A program made the position numbers and the translations under genes. Of a stretch of 64,000 bases of DNA, positions 51,401 to 64,000 are shown in pieces (the stretch's first letter is position 1; the number at the start of each line of letters is the position of its first letter). The stretch comes from Eledone cirrhosa. Taxonomy: Eukaryota. The DNA is taken from positions 26,040,001-26,104,000 of the forward strand of contig OZ024763.1 in NCBI GenBank assembly GCA_964016885.1, read 5' to 3'. Under the pieces are notes generated by a model. It ran no database searches. It was given only the letters and a program-made list of their open reading frames with translations, and was not told where the DNA came from.

Positions 51401-54400
51401 ACACTTTATTACACGTTGCTCCAGTCCACTGCATCCTTGAACAAGACACTTTATTTCACGTTGCTCCAGTCCACTGTATCCTTGAGCAAGACACTTTATT
51501 TCACGTTGATCCAGTCCACTGTATCCTTGAACAAGACACTTTATTTCACGTTACTCCAGTCCACTGTATCCTTGAACAAGACACTTTATTACACGTTGCT
51601 CCAGTCCACTTTATCCTTGAACAAGACACATTATTACACGTTGCTCCAGTCCACTGCATCCTTGAACAAGACACTTTATTTCACGTTGCTCCAGTCCACT
51701 GTATCCTTGAGCAAGACACTTTATTTCACGTTGATCCAGTCCACTGTATCCTTGAACAAGACACTTTATTTCACGTTACTCCAGTCCACTGTATCCTTGA
51801 ACAAGACACTTTATTTCACGTTACTCCAGTCCACTGTATCCTTGAGCAAGACACTTTATTTCACGTTACTCCAGTCCACTGTATCCTTGAACAAGACACT
51901 TTATTTCACGTTGCTCCACCCACTGTATCCTTGAACAAGACACTTTATTACACGTTGCTCCATCCACTGTATCCTTGAACAAGACACTTTATTTCACGTT
52001 ACTCCAGTCCACTGTATCCTTGAACAAGACACTTTATTTCACGTTGCTCCATCCACTGTATCCTTGAACAAGACACTTTATTACACGTTGTTCCAGTCCA
52101 CTGTATCCTTGAACAAGAGACTTTATTACACGTTGCTCCAGTCCACTGTATCCTTGAACAAGACACTTTATTACACGTTGCTCCATCCACTGTATCCTTG
52201 AACAAGACACTTTATTACACGTTGCTCCAGTCCACTGTATCCTTGAACAAGACACTTTATTTCACGTTGCTCCAGTCCACTGTATCCTTGAACAAGACAC
52301 TTTATTTCACGTTGCTCCAGTCCACTGTATCCTTGAACAAGACACTTTATTTCACGTTACTCCAGTCCACTGTATCCTTGAACAAGACACTTTATTTCAC
52401 GTTGTTCCAGTCCACTGTATCCTTGAACAAGACACTTTATTACACGTTGCTCCATCCACTGTATCCTTGAACAAGACACTTTATTTCACGTTGTTCCAGT
52501 CCACTGTATCCTTGAACAAGACACTTTATTTCACGTTGCTCCAGTCCACTGTATCCTTGAACAAGACACTTTATTTCACGTTACTCCAGTCCACTGTATC
52601 CTTGAACAAGACACTTTATTTCACGTTGTTCCAGTCCACTGTATCCTTGAACAAGACACTTTATTTCACGTTGCTCCAGTCCACTGTATCCTTGAACAAG
52701 ACACTTTATTTCACGTTGCTCCATCCACTGTATCCTTGAACAAGACACTTTATTTCACGTTACTCCAGTCCACTGTATCCTTGAACAAGACACTTTATTT
52801 CACGTTGTTCCAGTCCACTGTATCCTTGAACAAGACACTTTATTTCACGTTGCTCCAGTCCACTGTATCCTTGAACAAGACACTTTATTTCACGTTGCTC
52901 CAGTCCACTGTATCCTTGAACAAGACACTTTATTACACGTTGCTCCATCCACTGTATCCTTGAACAAGACACTTTATTTCACGTTACTCCAGTCCACTGT
53001 ATCCTTGAACAAGACACTTTATTTCACGTTGCTCCATCCACTGTATCCTTGAACAAAACACTTTATTACACGTTGCTCCATCCACTGTATCCTTGAACAA
53101 GACACTTTATTTCACGTTACTCCAGTCCACTGTATCCTTGAACAAGACACTTTATTTCACGTTGCTCCAGTCCACTGTATCCTTGAACAAGACACTTTAT
53201 TTCACGTTGCTCCAGTCCACTGTATCCTTGAACAAGACACTTTATTTCACGTTGCTCCAGTCCACTGTATCCTTGAACAAGACACTTTATTACACGTTGC
53301 TCCATCCACTGTATCCTTGAACAAGACACTTTATTTCACGTTGCTCCAGTCCACTGTATCCTTGAACAAGACACTTTATTTCACGTTGCTCCATCCACTG
53401 TATCCTTGAACAAGACACTTTATTACACGTTGCTCCATCCACTGTATCCTTGAACAAGACACTTTATTTCATGTTACTCCAGTCCACTGTATTCTTGAAC
53501 AAGACACTTTATTTCACGTTACTCCAGTCCACTGTATCCTTGAACAAGACACTTTATTTCACGTTGCTCCATCCACTGTATCCTTGAACAAGACACTTTA
53601 TTTCACGTTACTCCAGTCCACTGTATCCTTGAACAAGACACTTTATTTCACGTTGCTCCATCCACTGTATCCTTGAACAAGACACTTTATTACACGTTGT
53701 TCCAGTCCACTGTATCCTTGAACAAGACACTTTATTACACGTTGCTCCAGTCCACTGTATCCTTGAACAAGACACTTTATTACACGTTGTTCCAGTCCAC
53801 TGTATCCTTGAACAAGACACTTTATTACACGTTGCTCCATCCACTGTATCCTTGAGCAAGACACTTTATTACACGTTGCTCCATCCACTGTATCCTTGAA
53901 GAAGACACTTTATTACACGTTGCTCCATCCACTGTATCCTTGAACAAGACACTTTATTACACGTTGCTCCATCCACTGTATCCTTGAACAAGACACTTTA
54001 TTACACGTTGTTCCAGTCCACTGTATCCTTGAACAAGACACTTTATTACACGTTGCTCCATCCACTGTATCCTTGAACAAGACACTTTATTACACGTTGC
54101 TCCAGTCCACTGTATCCTTGAACAAGACACTTTATTACACGTTGCTCCATCCACTGTATCCTTGAACAAGACACTTTATTACACGTTGCTCCATCCACTG
54201 TATCCTTGAACAAGACACTTTATTTCACGTTGCTCCAGTCCACTGTATCCTTGAACAAGACACTTTATTTCACGTTGCTCCAGTCCACTGTATCCTTGAA
54301 CAAGACACTTTATTACACGTTGCTCCAGTCCACTTTATCCTTGAACAAGACACTTTATTACACGTTGCTCCAGTCCACTGCATCCTTGAACAAGACACTT

Positions 54401-57400
54401 TATTTCACGTTGCTCCAGTCCACTGTATCCTTGAGCAAGACACTTTATTTCACGTTGATCCAGTCCACTGTATCCTTGAACAAGACACTTTATTTCACGT
54501 TACTCCAGTCCACTGTATCCTTGAACAAGACACTTTATTTCACGTTACTCCAGTCCACTGTATCCTTGAGCAAGACACTTTATTTCACGTTACTCCAGTC
54601 CACTGTATCCTTGAACAAGACACTTTATTTCACGTTGCTCCACCCACTGTATCCTTGAACAAGACACTTTATTACACGTTGCTCCATCCACTGTATCCTT
54701 GAACAAGACACTTTATTTCACGTTACTCCAGTCCACTGTATCCTTGAACAAGACACTTTATTTCACGTTGCTCCATCCACTGTATCCTTGAACAAGACAC
54801 TTTATTACACGTTGTTCCAGTCCACTGTATCCTTGAACAAGAGACTTTATTACACGTTGCTCCAGTCCACTGTATCCTTGAACAAGACACTTTATTACAC
54901 GTTGCTCTATCCACTGTATCCTTGAACAAGACACTTTATTACACGTTGCTCCAGTCCACTGTATCCTTGAACAAGACACTTTATTTCACGTTGCTCCAGT
55001 CCACTGTATCCTTGAACAAGACACTTTATTTCACGTTGCTCCAGTCCACTGTATCCTTGAACAAGACACTTTATTTCACGTTACTCCAGTCCACTGTATC
55101 CTTGAACAAGACACTTTATTTCACGTTGTTCCAGTCCACTGTATCCTTGAACAAGACACTTTATTACACGTTGCTCCATCCACTGTATCCTTGAACAAGA
55201 CACTTTATTTCACGTTGTTCCAGTCCACTGTATCCTTGAACAAGACACTTTATTTCACGTTGCTCCAGTCCACTGTATCCTTGAACAAGACACTTTATTT
55301 CACGTTACTCCAGTCCACTGTATCCTTGAACAAGACACTTTATTTCACGTTGTTCCAGTCCACTGTATCCTTGAACAAGACACTTTATTTCACGTTGCTC
55401 CAGTCCACTGTATCCTTGAACAAGACACTTTATTTCACGTTGCTCCATCCACTGTATCCTTGAACAAGACACTTTATTTCACGTTACTCCAGTCCACTGT
55501 ATCCTTGAACAAGACACTTTATTTCACGTTGTTCCAGTCCACTGTATCCTTGAACAAGACACTTTATTTCACGTTGCTCCAGTCCACTGTATCCTTGAAC
55601 AAGACACTTTATTTCACGTTACTCCAGTCCACTGTATCCTTGAACAAGACACTTTATTTCACGTTGCTCCAGTCCACTGTATCCTTGAACAAGACACTTT
55701 ATTTCACGTTGCTCCAGTCCACTGTATCCTTGAACAAGACACTTTATTTCACGTTGCTCCAGTCCACTGTATCCTTGAACAAGACACTTTATTTCACGTT
55801 GCTCCAGTCCACTGTATCCTTGAACAAGACACTTTATTACACGTTGCTCCATCCACTGTATCCTTGAACAAGACACTTTATTTCACGTTGCTCCAGTCCA
55901 CTGTATCCTTGAACAAGACACTTTATTTCACGTTACTCCATCCACTGTATCCTTGAACAAGACACTTTATTACACGTTGCTCCATCCACTGTATCCTTGA
56001 ACAAGACACTTTATTTCACGTTACTCCAGTCCACTGTATCCTTGAACAAGACACTTTATTTCACGTTACTCCAGTCCACTGTATCCTTGAACAAGACACT
56101 TTATTTCACGTTGCTCCATCCACTGTATCCTTGAACAAGACACTTTATTTCACGTTACTCCAGTCCACTGTATCCTTGAACAAGACACTTTATTTCACGT
56201 TGCTCCATCCACTGTATCCTTGAACAAGACACTTTATTACACGTTGTTCCAGTCCACTGTATCCTTGAACAAGACACTTTATTACACGTTGCTCCAGTCC
56301 ACTGTATCCTTGAACAAGACACTTTATTACACGTTGTTCCAGTCCACTGTATCCTTGAACAAGACACTTTATTACACGTTGCTCCATCCACTGTATCCTT
56401 GAGCAAGACACTTTATTACACGTTGCTCCATCCACTGTATCCTTGAACAAGACACTTTATTACACGTTGCTCCATCCACTGTATCCTTGAACAAGACACT
56501 TTATTACACGTTGTTCCAGTCCACTGTATCCTTGAACAAGACACTTTATTACACGTTGCTCCAGCCACTGTATCCTTGAACAAGACACTTCATTACACGT
56601 TGCTCCAGTCCACTGTATCCTTGAACAAGACACTTTATTACACGTTGCTCCATCCACTGTATCCTTGAACAAGACACTTTATTACACGTTGCTCCATCCA
56701 CTGTATCCTTGAACAAGACACTTTATTTCACGTTGCTCCAGTCCACTGTATCCTTGAACAAGACACTTTATTTCACGTTGCTCCAGTCCACTGTATCCTT
56801 GAACAAGACACTTTATTACACATTGCTCCATCCACTGTATCCTTGAACAAGACACTTTATTACACGTTGCTCCAGTCCACTGTATCCTTGAACAAGACAC
56901 TTTATTACACGTTGCTCCATCCACTGTATCCTTGAACAAGACACTTTATTACACGTTGCTCCATCCACTGTATCCTTGAACAAGACACTTTATTTCACGT
57001 TGCTCCAGTCCACTGTATCCTTGAACAAGACACTTTATTTCACGTTGCTCCAGTCCACTGTATCCTTGAACAAGACACTTTATTTCACGTTGCTCCATCC
57101 ACTGTATCCTTGAACAAGACACTTTATTACACGTTGCTCCATCCACTGTATCCTTGAACAAGACACTTTATTTCACGTTGCTCCAGTCCACTGTATCCTT
57201 GTACAAGACACTTTATTTCACGTTGCTCCATCCACTGTATCCTTGAACAAGACACTTTATTTCACGTTGCTCCAGTCCACTGTATCCTTGAACAAGACAC
57301 TTTATTACACGTTGCTCCAGTCCACTGTATCCTTGAACAAGACACTTTATTTCACGTTGCTCCAGTTCACTGTATCCTTGAACAAGACACTTTATTTCAC

Positions 57401-60400
57401 GTTGCTCCATCCACTGTATCCTTGAACAAGACACTTTATTACACGTTGCTCCATCCACTGTATCCTTGAACAAGACACTTTATTTCACGTTGCTCCAGTC
57501 CACTGTATCCTTGAACAAGACACTTTATTTCACGTTGCTCCATCCACTGTATCCTTGAACAAGACACTTTATTACACGTTGCTCCATCCACTGTATCCTT
57601 GAACAAGACACTTTATTACACGTTGCTCCATCCACTGTATTCTTGAGCAAGACACTTTATTACACGTTGCTCCATCCACTGTATCCTTGAGCAAGACACT
57701 TTATTACACGTTGCTCCAGTCCACTGTATCCTTGAACAAGACACTTTATTACACGTTGCTCCAGTCCACTGTATCCTTGAACAAGACACTTTATTACACG
57801 TTGCTCCATCCACTGTATCCTTGAGCAAGACTCTTTATATCACGTTGCTCCAGTCCACTGTATCCTTGAACAAGACACTTTATTACACGTTGCTCCATCC
57901 ACTGTATCCTTGAACAAGACACTTTATTACACGTTGCTCCATCCACTGTATCCTTGAGCAAGACACTTTATTTCACGTTGTTCCAGTCCACTGTATCCTT
58001 GAACAAGACACTTTATTACACGTTGCTCCAGTCCACTTTATCCTTGAACAAGACACTTTATTACACGTTGCTCCAGTCCACTGCATCCTTGAACAAGACA
58101 CTTTATTTCACGTTGCTCCAGTCCACTGTATCCTTGAGCAAGACACATTATTTCACGTTGATCCAGTCCACTGTATCCTTGAACAAGACACTTTATTTCA
58201 CGTTACTCCAGTCCACTGTATCCTTGAACAAGACACTTTATTACACGTTGCTCCAGTCCACTTTATCCTTGAACAAGACACTTTATTACACGTTGCTCCA
58301 GTCCACTGCATCCTTGAACAAGACACTTTATTTCACGTTGCTCCAGTCCACTGTATCCTTGAGCAAGACACTTTATTTCACGTTGATCCAGTCCACTGTA
58401 TCCTTGAACAAGACACTTTATTTCACGTTACTCCAGTCCACTGTATCCTTGAACAAGACACTTTATTTCACGTTACTCCAGTCCACTGTATCCTTGAGCA
58501 AGACACTTTATTTCACGTTACTCCAGTCCACTGTATCCTTGAGCAAGACACTTTATTTCACGTTGCTCCAGTCCACTGTATCCTTGAACAAGACACTTTA
58601 TTTCACGTTACTCCAGTCCACTGTATCCTTGAACAAGACACTTTATTTCACGTTGCTCCACCCACTGTATCCTTGAACAAGACACTTTATTACACGTTGC
58701 TCCATCCACTGTATCCTTGAACAAGACACTTTATTTCACGTTACTCCAGTCCACTGTATCCTTGAACAAGACACTTTATTTCACGTTACTCCAGTCCACT
58801 GTATCCTTGAACAAGACACTTTATTTCACGTTGCTCCATCCACTGTATCCTTGAACAAGACACTTTATTTCACGTTACTCCAGTCCACTGTATCCTTGAA
58901 CAAGACACTTTATTTCACGTTACTCCAGTCCACTGTATCCTTGAACAAGACACTTTATTTCACGTTGCTCCATCCACTGTATCCTTGAACAAGACACTTT
59001 ATTACACGTTGTTCCAGTCCACTGTATCCTTGAACAAGAGACTTTATTACACGTTGCTCCAGTCCACTGTATCCTTGAACAAGACACTTTATTACACGTT
59101 GCTCCATCCACTGTATCCTTGAACAAGACACTTTATTACACGTTGCTCCAGTCCACTGTATCCTTGAACAAGACACTTTATTTCACGTTGCTCCAGTCCA
59201 CTGTATCCTTGAACAAGACACTTTATTTCACGTTGCTCCAGTCCACTGTATCCTTGAACAAGACACTTTATTTCACGTTGCTCCAGTCCACTGTATCCTT
59301 GAACCTAGACACTTTATTTCACGTTGTTCCAGTCCACTGTATCCTTGAACAAGACACTTCATTACACGTTGCTCCAGTCCACTGTATCCTTGAACAAGAC
59401 ACTTTATTACACGTTGCTCCATCCACTGTATCCTTGAACAAGACACTTTATTACACGTTGCTCCATCCACTGTATCCTTGAACAAGACACTTTATTTCAC
59501 GTTGTTCCAGTCCACTGTATCCTTGAACAAGACACTTTATTTCACGTTGCTCCAGTCCACTGTATCCTTGAACAAGACACTTTATTTCACGTTACTCCAG
59601 TCCACTGTATCCTTGAACAAGACACTTTATTTCACGTTGTTCCAGTCCACTGTATCCTTGAACAAGACACTTTATTTCACGTTGCTCCAGTCCACTGTAT
59701 CCTTGAACAAGACACTTTATTTCACGTTGCTCCATCCACTGTATCCTTGAACAAGACACTTTATTTCACGTTACTCCAGTCCACTGTATCCTTGAACAAG
59801 ACACTTTATTTCACGTTGTTCCAGTCCACTGTATCCTTGAACAAGACACTTTATTTCACGTTGCTCCAGTCCACTGTATCCTTGAACAAGACACTTTATT
59901 TCACGTTACTCCAGTCCACTGTATCCTTGAACAAGACACTTTATTTCACGTTGCTCCAGTCCACTGTATCCTTGAACAAGACACTTTATTTCACGTTGCT
60001 CCAGTCCACTGTATCCTTGAACAAGACACTTTATTTCACGTTGCTCCAGTCCACTGTATCCTTGAACAAGACACTTTATTTCACGTTGCTCCAGTCCACT
60101 GTATCCTTGAACAAGACACTTTATTACACGTTGCTCCATCCACTGTATCCTTGAACAAGACACTTTATTTCACGTTGCTCCAGTCCACTGTATCCTTGAA
60201 CAAGACACTTTATTTCACGTTACTCCATCCACTGTATCCTTGAACAAGACACTTTATTACACGTTGCTCCATCCACTGTATCCTTGAACAAGACACTTTA
60301 TTTCACGTTACTCCAGTCCACTGTATCCTTGAACAAGACACTTTATTTCACGTTACTCCAGTCCACTGTATCCTTGAACAAGACACTTTATTTCACGTTG

Positions 60401-63400
60401 CTCCATCCACTGTATCCTTGAACAAGACACTTTATTTCACGTTACTCCAGTCCACTGTATCCTTGAACAAGACACTTTATTTCACGTTGCTCCATCCACT
60501 GTATCCTTGAACAAGACACTTTATTACACGTTGTTCCAGTCCACTGTATCCTTGAACAAGACACTTTATTACACGTTGCTCCAGTCCACTGTATCCTTGA
60601 ACAAGACACTTTATTACACGTTGTTCCAGTCCACTGTATCCTTGAACAAGACACTTTATTACACGTTGCTCCATCCACTGTATCCTTGAGCAAGACACTT
60701 TATTACACGTTGCTCCATCCACTGTATCCTTGAACAAGACACTTTATTACACGTTGCTCCATCCACTGTATCCTTGAACAAGACACTTTATTACACGTTG
60801 TTCCAGTCCACTGTATCCTTGAACAAGACACTTTATTACACGTTGCTCCATCCACTGTATCCTTGAACAAGACACTTCATTACACGTTGCTCCAGTCCAC
60901 TGTATCCTTGAACAAGACACTTTATTACACGTTGCTCCATCCACTGTATCCTTGAACAAGACACTTTATTACACGTTGCTCCATCCACTGTATCCTTGAA
61001 CAAGACACTTTATTTCACGTTGCTCCAGTCCACTGTATCCTTGAACAAGACACTTTATTTCACGTTGCTCCAGTCCACTGTATCCTTGAACAAGACACTT
61101 TATTACACATTGCTCCATCCACTGTATCCTTGAACAAGACACTTTATTACACGTTGCTCCAGTCCACTGTATCCTTGAACAAGACACTTTATTACACGTT
61201 GCTCCATCCACTGTATCCTTGAACAAGACACTTTATTACACGTTGCTCCATCCACTGTATCCTTGAACAAGACACTTTATTTCACGTTGCTCCAGTCCAC
61301 TGTATCCTTGAACAAGACACTTTATTTCACGTTGCTCCAGTCCACTGTATCCTTGAACAAGACACTTTATTTCACGTTGCTCCATCCACTGTATCCTTGA
61401 ACAAGACACTTTATTACACGTTGCTCCATCCACTGTATCCTTGAACAAGACACTTTATTTCACGTTGCTCCAGTCCACTGTATCCTTGAACAAGACACTT
61501 TATTTCACGTTGCTCCATCCACTGTATCCTTGAACAAGACACTTTATTTCACGTTGCTCCAGTCCACTGTATCCTTGAACAAGACACTTTATTACACGTT
61601 GCTCCAGTCCACTGTATCCTTGAACAAGACACTTTATTTCACGTTGCTCCAGTTCACTGTATCCTTGAACAAGACACTTTATTTCACGTTGCTCCATCCA
61701 CTGTATCCTTGAACAAGACACTTTATTACACGTTGCTCCATCCACTGTATCCTTGAACAAGACACTTTATTTCACGTTGCTCCAGTCCACTGTATCCTTG
61801 AACAAGACACTTTATTTCACGTTGCTCCATCCACTGTATCCTTGAACAAGACACTTTATTACACGTTGCTCCATCCACTGTATCCTTGAACAAGACACTT
61901 TATTACACGTTGCTCCATCCACTGTATTCTTGAACAAGACACTTTATTACACGTTGCTCCATCCACTGTATCCTTGAGCAAGACACTTTATTACACGTTG
62001 CTCCAGTCCACTGTATCCTTGAACAAGACACTTTATTACACGTTGCTCCAGTCCACTGTATCCTTGAACAAGACACTTTATTACACGTTGCTCCATCCAC
62101 TGTATCCTTGAGCAAGACTCTTTATATCACGTTGCTCCAGTCCACTGTATCCTTGAACAAGACACTTTATTACACGTTGCTCCATCCACTGTATCCTTGA
62201 ACAAGACACTTTATTACACGTTGCTCCATCCACTGTATCCTTGAGCAAGACACTTTATTTCACGTTGTTCCAGTCCACTGTATCCTTGAACAAGACACTT
62301 TATTACACGTTGCTCCAGTCCACTTTATCCTTGAACAAGACACTTTATTACACGTTGCTCCAGTCCACTGCATCCTTGAACAAGACACTTTATTTCACGT
62401 TGCTCCAGTCCACTGTATCCTTGAGCAAGACACATTATTTCACGTTGATCCAGTCCACTGTATCCTTGAACAAGACACTTTATTTCACGTTACTCCAGTC
62501 CACTGTATCCTTGAACAAGACACTTTATTACACGTTGCTCCAGTCCACTTTATCCTTGAACAAGACACTTTATTACACGTTGCTCCAGTCCACTGCATCC
62601 TTGAACAAGACACTTTATTTCACGTTGCTCCAGTCCACTGTATCCTTGAGCAAGACACTTTATTTCACGTTGATCCAGTCCACTGTATCCTTGAACAAGA
62701 CACTTTATTTCACGTTACTCCAGTCCACTGTATCCTTGAACAAGACACTTTATTTCACGTTACTCCAGTCCACTGTATCCTTGAGCAAGACACTTTATTT
62801 CACGTTACTCCAGTCCACTGTATCCTTGAGCAAGACACTTTATTTCACGTTGCTCCAGTCCACTGTATCCTTGAACAAGACACTTTATTTCACGTTACTC
62901 CAGTCCACTGTATCCTTGAACAAGACACTTTATTTCACGTTGCTCCACCCACTGTATCCTTGAACAAGACACTTTATTACACGTTGCTCCATCCACTGTA
63001 TCCTTGAACAAGACACTTTATTTCACGTTACTCCAGTCCACTGTATCCTTGAACAAGACACTTTATTTCACGTTACTCGAGTCCACTGTATCCTTGAACA
63101 AGACACTTTATTTCACGTTGCTCCATCCACTGTATCCTTGAACAAGACACTTTATTTCACGTTACTCCAGTCCACTGTATCCTTGAACAAGACACTTTAT
63201 TTCACGTTACTCCAGTCCACTGTATCCTTGAACAAGACACTTTATTTCACGTTGCTCCATCCACTGTATCCTTGTACAAGACACTTTATTACACGTTGTT
63301 CCAGTCCACTGTATCCTTGAACAAGAGACTTTATTACACGTTGCTCCAGTCCACTGTATCCTTGAACAAGACACTTTATTACACGTTGCTCCATCCACTG

Positions 63401-64000
63401 TATCCTTGAACAAGACACTTTATTACACGTTGCTCCAGTCCACTGTATCCTTGAACAAGACACTTTATTTCACGTTGCTCCAGTCCACTGTATCCTTGAA
63501 CAAGACACTTTATTTCACGTTGCTCCAGTCCACTGTATCCTTGAACAAGACACTTTATTTCACGTTGCTCCAGTCCACTGTATCCTTGAACCTAGACACT
63601 TTATTTCACGTTGTTCCAGTCCACTGTATCCTTGAACAAGACACTTCATTACACGTTGCTCCAGTCCACTGTATCCTTGAACAAGACACTTTATTACACG
63701 TTGCTCCATCCACTGTATCCTTGAACAAGACACTTTATTACACGTTGCTCCATCCACTGTATCCTTGAACAAGACACTTTATTTCACGTTGCTCCAGTCC
63801 ACTGTATCCTTGAACAAGACACTTTATTTCACGTTGCTCCAGTCCACTGTATCCTTGAACAAGACACTTTATTACACATTGCTCCATCCACTGTATCCTT
63901 GAACAAGACACTTTATTACACGTTGCTCCAGTCCACTGTATCCTTGAACAAGACACTTTATTACACGTTGCTCCATCCACTGTATCCTTGAACAAGACAC
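48470..64000. repeat. 45/44-bp satellite (GTATCCTTGAACAAGACACTTTATTWCACGTTGCTCCAGTCCACT), ~350 units, runs off the window end
   Basis: Highly homogeneous tandem array. ORF-track patterns recur at offsets of 4287 and 2724 bp. Confidence 0.99.

Noticed and set aside
48358-63995. Repetitive 15-aa ORFs or a CRISPR-like array
   Set aside because: Head-to-tail 45-bp satellite with no unique spacers, no cas genes and a eukaryotic context. Frames are broken by 44-bp units.

Overview
AT-rich animal genomic DNA. The SINE, RTE and MITE repertoire and long (TA)n/(CA)n tracts suggest an octopod cephalopod (inferred, not proven). (1) 1-35 kb is a decayed tandem/segmental array of 3-7 kb units, interrupted by a GA-rich minisatellite (6.8-10.9 kb), a 24-33 bp minisatellite (11.7-13.8 kb), SINEs, RTE/CR1/Penelope remnants and MITEs. 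(2) 35.5-43.4 kb is a compound (TA)n satellite followed by a 200-N gap. (3) 43.7-45.4 kb holds the only credible protein-coding sequence: a divergent, apparently intronless TFIIA alpha/beta (GTF2A1/ALF-like) gene with frameshifts in its 5' part. (4) A SINE pile-up follows, then a >15 kb 45-bp satellite derived from a SINE core with a 4287-bp higher-order period. The most notable signal is in the 1-35 kb array. It carries about 10 copies of a ~75-nt tRNA-derived but non-cloverleaf two-hairpin sequence with TATA at -30, A box, B box, oligo-T and compensatory base changes, arranged as convergent pairs inside long palindromes. Beside them are 5 copies of a second TATA-to-oligo-T ~75-100-nt unit. 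Together these are a candidate undescribed cluster of Pol III small-RNA genes. All alignments were done by eye and coordinates are approximate to a few bases.
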